A stretch of DNA of 64,000 bases, taken from the NCBI GenBank assembly GCA_965214095.1, contig OZ243938.1, forward strand, positions 3,808,001 through 3,872,000, read 5' to 3'. The notes under the pieces were generated by a model that worked only from the letters and a program-made list of their open reading frames with translations, did no database searches and was not told the origin of the DNA. Of this stretch, positions 31,237 to 44,300 are shown one piece after another (positions within the stretch are counted from its first letter, which is position 1; each line of letters begins with the position of its first letter). This DNA is from Candidatus Poribacteria bacterium. Its GTDB lineage: Bacteria > Poribacteria > WGA-4E > WGA-3G. Position numbers and translations under genes: made by a program.

Positions 31237-32181
31237 ATGAAATACGATAGCGTTTTACTCATCGCATTTGGTGGACCGACCTCTGGATGCTGCAAAAAAT
31301 ACGATACCGAAAATTGTCCTGGTGAGGCGTACTGTTTTGTTGAAGGTATTGCCGGTGATGCCGAATCTCAGAAGGACCGTGTGAAAGACATCTCATCCCA
31401 TTACGTACAATTAGGTGGTTTCTCACCATTCAACAAATTGACGTACAAACAAGCTGAAGCATTAGAAAACGCATTAAGAGAACGGAACTTACCACTGACC
31501 GTTTTTGCAGGATTTAGACATTGGTCACCCTATTTAAAGGAAGTTATTGCTGAAATGGCACAAAAAGGACATCGCAAAATCCTTGGTATTATTATGGCAC
31601 CCCACCAATCCAAAGTGAGTTGGGAATGGTATCAACTGGCTGTCCAGAAGGGGATTGATGCTGTTGAAGGTGAAAAGCCAACTATAGACTATCTTGAACC
31701 TTGGTATACTCACGAAGGATATGTTGGTGCGATCGCTGAGATTATCAAATCTGCCAGTGGTGACAAATTAGATCGTGCTGAACTGGTTTTCACAGCACAC
31801 TCAATTCCACAAGCAGCAGCAGATATTTCACCTTACTCCCAACAATTTGAAAAAACAGGTGAAGCAGTCGCGCATGAACTTGGAAAAACACGGTTCGATT
31901 TTGCCTACCAAAGTGAAGTGGAAACAAGCACTGTTCCCTGGACGCAACCTGATATCAACGATTGGCTTGTTGCTAAGGAAAAAGAAGGTGTTGAGACTGT
32001 TGTTGCATCTCCGATAGGATTCCTGTGTGACCACGTTGAAGTGTTATATGACCTTGACATTGAAGCGAAAGAGATAGCAGATACGTGCGGCATAGAATTT
32101 ATTCGTGCTGGAACAGTAGGCGACCATCCAAAATTCATACACATGCTTGCGGATTTTGTTTGTGAAAGAGTTGAGATGTAG
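31237..32181 (+). CDS. hemH: Ferrochelatase (coproporphyrin-type likely)
   Basis: GG.SP, RHWSPY, FTAHSIP, YQS, PIGF.CDHVEVLYDLD. Confidence 0.93.
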   Translation: MKYDSVLLIAFGGPTSGCCKKYDTENCPGEAYCFVEGIAGDAESQKDRVKDISSHYVQLGGFSPFNKLTYKQAEALENALRERNLPLTVFAGFRHWSPYLKEVIAEMAQKGHRKILGIIMAPHQSKVSWEWYQLAVQKGIDAVEGEKPTIDYLEPWYTHEGYVGAIAEIIKSASGDKLDRAELVFTAHSIPQAAADISPYSQQFEKTGEAVAHELGKTRFDFAYQSEVETSTVPWTQPDINDWLVAKEKEGVETVVASPIGFLCDHVEVLYDLDIEAKEIADTCGIEFIRAGTVGDHPKFIHMLADFVCERVEM

Positions 32182-32202
32182 GAGGGAACTCCGATTCCCG
32201 AT
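32178..32202 (+). repeat. GTAG REP-like repeat overlapping the hemH stop codon
   Basis: GTAGGAGGGAACTCCGATTCCCGA, related to 2539-2586. Confidence 0.6.
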
Positions 32203-32255
32203 TATTACTGAGTTAACTCGTACTTGACGACCTCAATATATGAGAGGGTATTTTG

Positions 32256-33680
32256 ATGTCACAAGAACAGATAAGTGCAATTGTTATCGGTGGTGGCATC
32301 ACTGGTTTGAGTGCAGCCTATCGCTTAAGACAGGAAGCAGAAGAAAGAGATATTCCTCTTAAAATCACTTTGCTTGAAGCATCCAATAACGTTGGCGGTG
32401 TAATTCAAACTGAACACCGAGATGGGTTTATCGTAGAACACGGTCCGGATGCCTTCATTACGACAAAACCGTGGGGAAAAGCGTTATGTGATGAACTCTG
32501 TATCTCTGATAAACTGATTGGCACAAATCCAAAGGTCAGACGAAGCTTCGTTGTAAGAGAAGGTAAGTTGCTTCCAGTGCCAGAAGGTTTTTATATGATG
32601 GCACCAGGTTCGTTTGGTCCTTTTATCAAGAGTCCTATCTTTAGTCTATGGGGTAAATTTCGTATTGCGCTTGATCTATTTATCCCCCGGCGCAGCGAAA
32701 TAGATGATGAGTCAGTTGCAAATTTTGTTAGACGTAGACTTGGAAAGCAGGCTTTTGAACGGATGGCACAACCGATGATAGGTGGTATCTACACCTCAGA
32801 TGCCGAAGACTTAAGTCTAAATGCTACGTTTCCAAGATTTCTGGATATGGAACGAGAACACGGAAGCATCATCAAAGCACTCTTGGCACAAAAACGGAAA
32901 GCAGCCCAAACAAGCCGTGACACAAGTGGACCGCGTTATAGTCTGTTTCAATCATTTACAGCAGGTATGCAGACATTAACTGATACTCTTGCGGAAAGAC
33001 TATCCGATTGTATTCGTTTACAGAAGAGAGTGAACACAATTCAGCAAGGCGAGAGTGACGTAGGTTGGATTGTGTGTCTTGATGACGGTGAAAAGTTTGA
33101 AGCAGATCTGATTTGTATCGCCTTACCTACCCACCATACCGCCAAACTAATATCTCCTTTTTCATCTTCTCTTGCGGGAAAACTTTCTGCAATTCCGTAT
33201 AAATCGTCTATCACAGTGAATCTTGCTTTTCGTCGTGAAGATGTGTTGCATCCTCTGAATGGAATGGGGTTTGTTGTTCCAATAACAGAAGGATTGCATA
33301 TAGTCGGGTGTTCGTTTAGTAGTGTAAAATTTGAAAACCGTGCTCCAACGGATCATGTTTTATTGCGTGCATTTGTTGGTGAAAACGCATATATAATTGA
33401 CGAAGGAACGGACACCGATAAATTGGTTGCTACTGTACTTAAAGAGGTGACGGAATTACTTGGAATTAGAAATGACCCTATTTTTTCAGTCGTAAGCGAA
33501 CATTCAGCAGCTATGGCACAATATCTCGTCGGACACAAAAAAGTGATTAGTGAGATAGAGAACTTAGTTGAGAACTTTTCTGGACTCGCTTTAGCAGGAA
33601 ATGCTTATCACGGAATCGGAATTCCTGATTGTATCAATAGTGGACAACAAGCAGCATTGAAGTTACTCAATGCATTGTAG
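32256..33680 (+). CDS. hemY: HemY-type (copro/proto)porphyrinogen oxidase
   Basis: IGGGITGL.AA, E.GPD.F, GFVVP, G.GIPDCI. Confidence 0.93.
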   Translation: MSQEQISAIVIGGGITGLSAAYRLRQEAEERDIPLKITLLEASNNVGGVIQTEHRDGFIVEHGPDAFITTKPWGKALCDELCISDKLIGTNPKVRRSFVVREGKLLPVPEGFYMMAPGSFGPFIKSPIFSLWGKFRIALDLFIPRRSEIDDESVANFVRRRLGKQAFERMAQPMIGGIYTSDAEDLSLNATFPRFLDMEREHGSIIKALLAQKRKAAQTSRDTSGPRYSLFQSFTAGMQTLTDTLAERLSDCIRLQKRVNTIQQGESDVGWIVCLDDGEKFEADLICIALPTHHTAKLISPFSSSLAGKLSAIPYKSSITVNLAFRREDVLHPLNGMGFVVPITEGLHIVGCSFSSVKFENRAPTDHVLLRAFVGENAYIIDEGTDTDKLVATVLKEVTELLGIRNDPIFSVVSEHSAAMAQYLVGHKKVISEIENLVENFSGLALAGNAYHGIGIPDCINSGQQAALKLLNAL

Positions 33681-33687
33681 AAGAACG

Positions 33688-34704
33688 ATGATGCGTTTTA
33701 TAGTTATTTCACGCACTGGTATTGTTAGTATATTTTTGTGTCTTTCGGGGATGTGTATTTTCTCACTCTTTTTGTCCTTTGTATCTGATGTGCGTAGCAA
33801 TGACGATAAGTATCACGACATGTTTCGCGGATTTGAAGAGGGTAAGTGTAAGAGTTGTCATCCAGCCATTTGGCGAGAATGGGAAAAATCTATGCATGCT
33901 CAAGCATGGACAGATGAAGTCTATCAAGCAGCTGCAGCACAGATAAAGGATAGAGAAAATAGTTGTGACCCGTGTCATGCACCAGAACCGATACTTGTGA
34001 CGGGTATTGGGAAAATGCCAAAATTGCGTAACGAACAACGTGACTCAGGCGTTTCATGTCTAATATGTCATCTGGATACGGATGGCGCAATGCATGGACC
34101 TCCTGCAAGTGCTGAAACAAATTTCCATGCAAATGTAACCGATCCTATCTATACGTCACCAACAAAACTCTGTGCTACGTGTCATGGTCAGAAAAGTGTC
34201 CCCGAACACGATCAGGTATCAAGTTTTCTTGACAGTAGATATGCGGAAGAAAAGAAGAGTTGTGCTACATGCCACATGCCTATTGTCAATCGGATGCAGA
34301 GCACAGCAAGTTACGAAAGCATCAAAGGGAGGAAACATACATGGCGTGGTAGTCGTAGTGTTGCTCAACTTAAGAGTGCTGCGACGGTCAAGATAGAGTT
34401 TGAAGGTAAGAAGGCAACAGTGATTCTACAAAACAAAGCCGGACATCTTATGCCGGGTGGAACGTTACGGACTATCATTCTTGATGTGACACACCTTTCA
34501 CCTGATGGCATTCAGCAACAGGAAAAACAGGTTTTAATTTCAGAAAAAACGGCAAATCGTCTAAAACCAGATGAGAAACGCACTTTTGTTTTTGCCGTGA
34601 ACGTGGGTGACAATCTTACAGCTCGTTTAAGGTATCAACTCACGCCAGAAACACCTGAAGATAAGTGGGTGCTTATGGCAGAAGTGATTATGGTTGTGCC
34701 GTAA
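33688..34704 (+). CDS. Exported multiheme c-type cytochrome (c554-like, 5 CXXCH)
   Basis: CKSCH, CDPCH, CLICH, CATCH, CATCH; W..SMHA; N-terminal hydrophobic segment. Confidence 0.85.
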   Translation: MMRFIVISRTGIVSIFLCLSGMCIFSLFLSFVSDVRSNDDKYHDMFRGFEEGKCKSCHPAIWREWEKSMHAQAWTDEVYQAAAAQIKDRENSCDPCHAPEPILVTGIGKMPKLRNEQRDSGVSCLICHLDTDGAMHGPPASAETNFHANVTDPIYTSPTKLCATCHGQKSVPEHDQVSSFLDSRYAEEKKSCATCHMPIVNRMQSTASYESIKGRKHTWRGSRSVAQLKSAATVKIEFEGKKATVILQNKAGHLMPGGTLRTIILDVTHLSPDGIQQQEKQVLISEKTANRLKPDEKRTFVFAVNVGDNLTARLRYQLTPETPEDKWVLMAEVIMVVP

Positions 34705-34760
34705 TTTATGTTGGTACTGTTAATGAAACATAAACTCTATACATCCCAAGAGAATCTTTG

Positions 34761-35008
34761 TTGACAAATTAATCGTTTTTTAGTACTATGTCAAATAGAT
34801 TATTTTTTAATTGTTTATGTATGTAGAATATTTTGGTAAAAATTCAGAATTTTCATTTGACATAATTTATTAATTATGGTATTATATTATACATTGATTG
34901 CAATTTAATCGTAAAATACAAATAGGCGGGGAAATTTACCGAATTTCTAACATAAAACGCCACATCCCGATTAAAATGCTTGCTTTATCTTGTTACTTTT
35001 GTTAAAAT
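34761..35008 (+). promoter_or_regulatory. Three tandem sigma70-type promoters
   Basis: TTGACA-17-TACTAT (34761), TTGACA-17-TATATT (34857), TTGCTT-17-TAAAAT (34980). Confidence 0.6.
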
Positions 35009-35355
35009 AACAGACGTTCTTATATTATGATCACAATTTTTTAAGTTAAATACATTATGTTACGTAATCATTTGAATCTGTTATGTGAACCTTCCATAAA
35101 GATTCCCGCTGGTCAAATACAAAACTTCGGTGCCACATTTTGCTCGCTTTTGACCTTACAAAACGGATACGTTGACACTATCCGCGGGTTGATTTACGTA
35201 CTAAAGGAAAGAAATTAAATGCTTGGTAGTAGGATGTTTATTTTGGATGGGCAGACACCTACCTCCGGTCGTTTTATAGTGTTTCCCGCTTGCCCATCTA
35301 AAAACTTCAGTATTTAGTCTCGTATTTGCGTAGACTTAACGAGGAGGAAGAGTTA

Positions 35356-38300
35356 ATGAAAAAACGAACACTTGTTTGTTTTTTGATTTTTTTATTGTGT
35401 GTTTTTCACAGTTCAATTCCAGACACAGTGTTTGGGCAAGATGCGGATCAAACTCCAGAACAACTTGCTAAACAGGTGTTTGACGAACACAATCAGGTAC
35501 TTCGACGTGCAAGTGTAAAACAGTACCTGCCAGAGATTATTGAAGGACTTAAATCTACAGATGCGGACATCGTTTCTCTAATTAATTTAGCTATCACTTT
35601 GGTAGGGAGCGACCCCTCTGGGACAGGTTTAAAGGCTGCTGCTGAATCTCAAGGAGTCACACTAACAGATGACCATATTGCAATTATTGCTGACTCAGAT
35701 GTTCAAAAAGTACTTCAAGATGACACCACTGTGGCATTATTGAGTCTTACTGGTGATGACCTTGCGGCAGGACTTGATGAGCTTTTGAGGTTGATCAATG
35801 AGTCTGAGGCAATTACGGATCCAGGAGATTCAACTCCACCAGATCCAGCACCACCGACGATATCTATTACAACCCCGAGTCCGACAACTGCTCAAAGTGG
35901 TTCGTTTAATGTCGCTTTTACTACTGCTGATGCTAACCAAGACCCGGTTACTGTGACAGCATCTATTTCGGTAGATCCAGCTGAGGCAGCGGGATATTAC
36001 AGCAGTACGGTCATTGGCAACAGTGTCCGGGTTACGCAGACTGCTCCCACCACGGCAATGTCTACCATTCCTGGCGCGGCTGTCACGTTGACTCTGACAG
36101 CTAACGATGGGACAGCGGATTCAACCCCTGCAACTATTGTGATTACATTTGGTGCAGCGGAGTTACCGCCAGAGAAACCTCCAGAACCACCGGATAAGCC
36201 AGAACCTCCGACAGGTGATGAATTACCGCCAATTGGCGAAATTACTTCAAACTTGAACGGAACGTCACGAGTTGGTGGTTTATCCCTTAACCGGGTGCAT
36301 GGTAGAGCGTTTATCCGTGGTCTTATTGTTGAGGCTGCTGGACAAGCTACTCTTGATGCTTTTAATCAGAATCCTGACGCACTTGTTGAACCCGTTGTTG
36401 ATTTTATTTTGAATCAAGTGCCAGCAGGTTTTCTCCCAAAGAAACAGATTAGGCAAATGTTAACTGCAACACAACCTTCCTCTATTTTTGCTGAGGAAGC
36501 GGATTCGCAGTTGGATTTTGAGAACTTTGGGAATGCAATTGCACCAGCCCTTAATGAAATCATCTATACCAATGTAGATAATACTACGAAATACCTTGCA
36601 AGTGATAATCTGAATGTGTATGTCCGAGTTCCAGATACACTTCTTGGTGGTAACGTTGAAGTTGGTCTAAATGGTTATAAAGTTGCAAATGCAACGCGTA
36701 TCACTCCGTTAGTATTCCAACAGGATACGATTCCATATACATTCAGTTTGGATGAAACGCTTGCTGCGATGAACTTACCAGCATGGCCGAATGCAAATTT
36801 TGATAACCAACTATTCTCAGGTGTTGTCCTGCGTTATTCACAAACTGGTATTGATGGTGAATATATTGCTGTTGATATGGATCCAGTGCAGAGTGAGAAA
36901 GGTGTGGTTTGGGAAAGTGAAATAGGTATTCCGCCGCCAAAAGAAGAAAGAGACCCTGCAGCGAATATCTACTACTATTTTGAAGTCACATTGGCTGAAC
37001 CAGTGATGCTTGAACTTATCAACCCAGAAGCACTTAGTGAAGCGGTCAATTCAGTAGATGGAACACATACGCTTGAAGCAACTAGGACTTATGAGATCAA
37101 CAGTTGGGCAATGCCTGATCCGCGTAACATTCAATTGGATGATCGTGGTATATTGGAAGCGTTGTTCACAGATGATGTAAGAAATCAAATCATCCAAATT
37201 GTTGCACCTTTAGTTAATGAGATATTGGCTGGCAACGCATCAGAGATTAGAGTTCCTGGTAATCAAATTCGAGGACTCCAAAATGCATTGCTAAATAGTG
37301 CCAATGACTTATTCACACACTTTGAGACAACATTTGATCCGATGCTGGTTTCTGTATTCAGTTTGCCTTATGTTGACATAGCGACAGAGTCTCTCTGGTA
37401 TGCAAATATAGACCCAATTGCTGATGGACCTGTGAACTTTGAGGCACGTGTTGTTAATGCTGATGGTGATGTTGTAGATCATATTGTTGAAGAAATTACA
37501 GCTGATGATTCTGCACCTGAAGCAACCATCACTGAAATGGATGAAAACATCGTTCCTGCTGGAAATGCAACAGGTTACTGGAACCGAGATGGTGTTTTTG
37601 TTTCTACTGCAACTCCCGCAGATACGCCTGCTTTGATTAACATTACAAGCACTGTTACAAAAGGCACTGTAGGAGAAGGTGAAGGTTATCTCGTTTACCA
37701 GATTATCAAATTGGATGAGCATGGAAGACCTTTGAGCACTTGGTTGCCATTGACAGTTCTGAATTCTATGGTATCCTCTGATCTTTGGGATCTTGTTGTT
37801 GAAAATTTACCAGATGATCTGACAGAATTTGCTGTTCCAGGTACTGATACCACACTTAATATCAGTGATTTTCCATTAGAATTCATAATTAGTGCGCTAC
37901 AAGGTGATGTGCCTATTCCAGGTGTTGATATAGACACAATCATTATTGATGCTATAGAAGATTTCGTTGGAATAAGGATAAGTGAAGATCAATATGCGTT
38001 ACTCGCAGAGCTATTAGGCGCAGTTGTTGATGACATAAACTTATTTCCAATCACCTCTGACCCATCACGCATGATGACAATACCTATTCAAGGTGCAAAT
38101 ATGCCACTTATGCTTGGTAATTACGGCATTCGTGCGATGGGTATTGATACACTCTTTAATGTTGGTTCTCATGTGGCTCCAACACGTTTGAGAGTCGTTG
38201 TCCCTGAATGGGATAGAACCAGTGTCACTATGGCAAGTTTAGGAGATCTCAATGGTGATGGTGATGCGGATGAAGCGTATGAAAGTGGAACTATCTATAG

Positions 38301-41300
38301 TAATGCTACAGATGTTACGTTAACAGTCGTGGTTGATGAGCGCACGGTGCATCCAGGAACAGTAATGGTTCAATATTTGGATGCTGAAGGAACTTGGCAG
38401 ACCATCGATGAACTTGAATTAGCCGAAGCCGGTGTTCCAGCAGGAACAGCACTCACACTTCCATGGAGCGTAACCGATTTTGATGATTTAGTCATGGCGG
38501 GTGATACCGTTGAACTTCGGACAGTTACTACGAACGGTCTGAAACTTACTGATGAATCAGAAACGTTTAGCATTAATCTTGATGCTGATGTTCATCCAGT
38601 TGATCCGAAAGTCCTGAATGTTGATTTTGATGAAACATCTGTCATGATGACAAATCCTGATAGTGGTGCCCCACAAGGCACAATCCAACTGATTGCACAT
38701 ACGCCACGCAGAACCGTACCTGAAACTACATCACTTCTTGTTGAAGTAAAACGCGCAAGTGATGAAAAATGGTCAATGGTTGGTACTGTTGAAATGGGTG
38801 ATGCAAACGGTATGAGTGGTGTAGATGCCGCCGCAATTATGTTTAAAGGTAAAACATTAGGCGAAATCTATCCTTCAGATGCTTCAATGATTCACATTAA
38901 TGAAACCAGCAGTTACCTAATGTGGACTATAACTGTAGATACAACACTCTTAGAAGATAGTATTACAGTGGATAACCCGGGTGCTCGTGATGCATCAATG
39001 GATGACAACCAATATATGGTTCGTGCTACACCTGTTGTTGATGGTAGTCTACCAGATAATCCTAATGAAAATCCGACAGCTGAAGGTGAGGAATATACGG
39101 AAATGTTCTCAGTTGACAACGATGATGATGTCGCACCGCTTGGTCCGACGAATGTTGTTGCAACAAGCATTGACGCGATGTATCATGTGTTTGAAGACAA
39201 TGGTGATGGAACATACACCGTTGGCGGTCTCGTTGATAAGTATGATCCAGAGATCAACTCTCCGACCGTTACTATTGCAATTACACCATCTGCTGATCGT
39301 CCTACATACCATTCAGTCAAGTTGCTAACGACACTGCCCGAAGGTGCTATTATCGGTGAAATCACTGAAACCGCTGAAGGTAGTGGTGTGTTTACTGTAA
39401 CAATTGATGTTGGCACACTTATGGATGCTGATGAGTTTGTTCACAATGACAGATACCTTGAGGACGCATATATAGATAATCCAAGCGAATTTATCTACAA
39501 TCCGAAAGGTGATGTCTTTACATTCCAACTTCATGCATTAGCGTATGATAAAGCAGAAGCGTATGATGATGCTACTGCTGCAGACGAAATGTTCATGGAA
39601 TATGGGAATGTCCAAGCTGACGATTATGATGGTGACGAAATCACGGTCAATGTGCAAAACACATACAGAAATGATCCTGGTGTGATAGCAATAACCGTTG
39701 AAAATTCAGATGGTATGGTAAATCCTGATAGTGGTGCACCACAAGGTGAACTTACTTTCAATGTATATACATACTATGTTACATCACCTCCAACCGAAGG
39801 AATTCGTGTTGAAGTGAAACGACCCGTTGATGATACATGGGAACGTATTACAGGTACTGCTGTAGAGCCCGTTGAAGTAGATGTTTCCGATGTGCCAGGT
39901 ATTGCCGATTTAGACGATATTACTGGCGGACTTATCGGAATTACACAAGCAGGAACTGAATCAGGTGGTGAATCTGTAGTCGCAATTCCCGGACGTTTCA
40001 TGAAATGGCAGTTTATCGTTGATACTCGCGAGTTAGCACTTGAAGATACCGTCACAGCAGAAGGTACCATCAAATTAGATGATACAATCAGTCGTGGCGA
40101 TGCATCTGAACGTGATGTATCTGTAGACGAAAACCAATATGAAGTGCGGGCGATTTCGCTCACACCAAAGAATATCGATCATCCTGAATACCCACAACGG
40201 GATGGTGTTGAAGCATCCTTCTCATTAGATAATGTTGATGATGTTCCACCACTAGGTCCCACAAATATCGTTGGTGTTTCTGATAGAGATGCCTATGGTG
40301 ATATGCAATCGATTGAAGCCAATGAAGATGGCAGCTACACGGTTGGTGGTATTGTTGATCAAGGTGTGAATTCACCCGCTGGAATATTCCATATTGAACC
40401 AACTGCTGAACCAATTACTTATGCTGGTGGTAGCCTTAAGCTTGTTCAAACTGCTCCTGATGGAACAGAAACAGAAGCTGCTGGAAGCCTTGATGATGGG
40501 TATATTGAAATAGATGTAGGTCTTCTTGAAAATGGAACTTACATGTATTATGCCCTCGTTGCTGATAAAGAAGGTAATGTTCAAGTACAAGGTGAAGCAG
40601 ATATGCCATCACCTATTGTAACTGTTCATGTCAATAACTTCCGTGTAAGTGATATTACAGATCTTACTGTAACTTCAGTTGATGGCGTAATGGTTGATGG
40701 AGAACTTCCTGAAAGGATTCCTCTCCGTGAGTCCATCGGCGTTAGTTTCAATGTTCCTAATGGCACATTGATGGTTGATGATCTTACTGCTGTTCATGTC
40801 AATGGCGAACAGGCTGCATTTGCTGCTGGTAGTGATGCTGAAAACGCATTCTCGCTGATGGCATCAGAACTATCAAAGATTGCAAGTGGTCACTATACTG
40901 TACGAGGTGAAGTAACCAAACGCAATGGTTCTGTAACCTTCCCAATGGCAATGGTCAACTTGGATAATACCGCACCTATGATTAGTTTCGTATCACCTGT
41001 TGAAGGTGAAGCGATAAATGATTTACCTACGCTTCATGCTATGTTTAATGATGGTGATCTCGGTGTTGGAATAAGTGTTGACACAGCAATGGTAGGCTTA
41101 GCACGGGTAAGACCTGACAGTGAAAGCCAAGAAGAAATTGCCATTGATGTAGACCAAGGCATGGTTGAACAAGACATCGACTCAGTTGTCTACACTCGTA
41201 TTGACAAACTTGCAGGCGGTGCCTATAAGTTTACAGTACAAGTTTCTGACAGCCTCGGTAACGTTGGTGAAGCATCAATAGCATTTGCTGTTGAAGGTAT

Positions 41301-44300
41301 CAATCCAACTGTTATGATTACTGCACCTGCTTCTGGACAGGCATTTGACGCAAGTCCAGCAAGTGTCACTGGTTTTTTTGCCGGTGGTGGTGAAGTAAAT
41401 ATCACAAGTTTTACCGTGAATGATGTTGATGTTTCAGAATCGGTAACAGTAGATGAAAGCAACTTCACTTATGTGCCTGATGAAGGTTTCAGTGAAGATG
41501 CATATACAGTCTCTGTTGAGGTAACAGATGGTAGCGGATTAACCGCACAAACATCATTAACCTTTACAGTTGAATATCCAGTTCCAACCGCAACTATTGA
41601 CACACCAACTGCTGGTCAAGTCTATAACCACGGTAAACCAATTATTACAGGCACATTCTCTGGAGCTGACCCCGTAATAGGAACACTCTCCATTGATGAT
41701 GGCGAAGGTGTGATGGTTGTTGATGGTAATGACTTCACTTATGAACCAACTGAAAACTTGGCTGATGGTGACCATACAGTCACTCTCGCCGTGATAGATG
41801 TCAATGGAAATACTGCAGAAGCAACGACCGAGTTCACAATAAATATCGCAGGTCCTTCCGTAGCAATCCATTCACCTACTGCAGGGCAGATGTATGACCA
41901 CGGTATGCCAAGTATTAGAGTTGAAGCTTCTGCCGACGACGAAGCACAACCCGTAACAGTTTCAGTTATGGTTAATAGTGAAGCTGCGACAATGAATGAT
42001 GATGGCACGTATTCACCTGCTGCTGAGTTAGGTGATGGTGAGCATACAGTAGTTGCTACGGCGACAGATGCCAATGGTAAGACTGCTGAGGCAACAGTTA
42101 TCTTCTCTGTCCTATTGCCTGTCCCGACAGCGTCCATAACAACACCCGCAGCAGGTCAAGTCTATGACCACGGCATGCCTATTATCACGGGTGAAGTTTC
42201 TGGTGCTACACCAATAGCAGGTGTACTCTCTGTTGACGGTAAAGAGGTAATGAAAGTAACTGATACTGAATTCTCTTATACACCAACAGATGCACTGAGT
42301 GATGGAGACCATACAGTCATGGTGTCAATCACTGATGCAAACGGTAGAACCGCGCAAGCATCTACAAGTTTCACAGTGAATATACCTGGTCCGTCAGTCA
42401 CACTTCATTCACCAGCCTCTGGACAGATGTATAGTTATGACGAACCAGTAATAACTTGGGAATCATCTGGCGTTGCAGAACCTATTTCTACATCCCTGAC
42501 AATTAATGGTGAGGAAGTAGAATTAGCAGACGGCGCAGATAGTTATACACCTGAAGAAGGTTTAGGTGAAGGTGAGCATACGGTTGTTGTAATGGTGACA
42601 GATGTAAATGGAAAAACTGCACAAGCAACTGCTGTCTTTACAGTAGAATTTCCAATGGCATCCGTAACACTTACATCACCAACTGCTGGACACACCTATA
42701 CCAACGGCTCACCGGTTATTAGCGGTGAATTCACAGGTGTTGGTGAAGTTGAAGTGAAAGTTACTGTTGCAGGTAAAGACGCAAAAGTTACCAAAGATGG
42801 AAACCAATTTACAGCTGAACACCCAAGTGTTTTGGGACATGGTATGCATAAGGTTGAAGTTGAAGTAACAGATGCTAACGGAGAATCAGCAATGACTTCT
42901 GCTGAATTCATGGTTGATCTACCAGCACCAACTGTTGAAATTCTTTCACCAGCTCCTGCACAAACTTATGGTAATGGTGAAGCAGTTGTTGTTAGAGTTG
43001 AATACGCTGGTATGGATGTAAGTGTATCATCATTTACTATCAACGGCGAAGATGTTGAGGTAGAACCCGAAGACAACATGTTCATGCATACACCAGAAGG
43101 ATTAACAACTGGCGAGTATGTTGTGAACGTTGAAGTTACGGATGCTGCCAATAATAAGACAGCAATGGATACTGTTGTATTCAATGTTAAGTTGGATTCA
43201 ACGCCACCTGTCATTTCTGAAGTTGCACCATCAGGAACTCTCAAGGACACATGGGTGAATGTCTCTGTTGTCGTTAGTGATGAGCAGTCTGATATAATAG
43301 GTGTTGACTTCTTCATTCGCAATGAAGCTGATACACATAAAGGATTCCTTCCTTTAGGTACTGTTATTGCAGGTGCTCAAAATAGTGCGACTACACAGCA
43401 AATTGCTGATGGCAATGTCCTGACGCAAGGAAGTTTCGCAAATGGAACACATACACTGAAAGTAGTTGCTACCAGTGAAGGTGGATCATCGTCTCATACA
43501 TGGTCATTCACAGTGGTTACAGACAACATCAAACCAACGATCACATCAATCACACCATCTGGTACACTTCATGCTGGACTTCCGACAATATCGGCAAGTG
43601 CACATGATGCATCAGGTGTGGCTGAGATTGTTATTACCGTGATGGATAGTAGTGGTGAAGTTGTTGAAGGTAACATGGAGAATGATGATGAGGATGGTTC
43701 TGAGGGGATCACCCGTTCTGACTTCATGCCTGAGATGCCTCTTGATGAAGGCACTTATGTGATTGAAGTTCGAGCGACCGATACACACGGCAATACATCT
43801 TCTGCAAAAGGTGGATTCTCTATTGACTTTGATACTGCTGCACCATTGATCACTTCTTCATCACCACAGAATGGTGCACGCTTGATGTATGCACATGATG
43901 ATGAGAAGAGACCAACTATTTCGGTCACCTATGGTGATGCAGAAACCGGTGTCAACGTTAAATCCATAAGGTTTGTCTTCAATGACGAGTTGATTAACCT
44001 CACAGATGATCAAAAGTCAGCAACACAGGTAATCTATATGCCTCCTGCTGACCTTGAACCTGGACAATATACGGTTAAGATAGAGGTGTCTGACAACGCG
44101 CAGAAACAAGGAAACGTCTCTGATGAAGCAGAAGGTGCTCGTGAAGCGAACACTGCTGTTTATGAGTTTAGTTTCTTTGTTGAGCATGGCGATGTGCCAA
44201 TTCTGAGGGCAGCACCATTTAACTATCCTAACCCATTCACGGATAAAACTCGGATTTCACTCGTACTTGCACGTCGTTCAAATGTTACTATCACAATATA

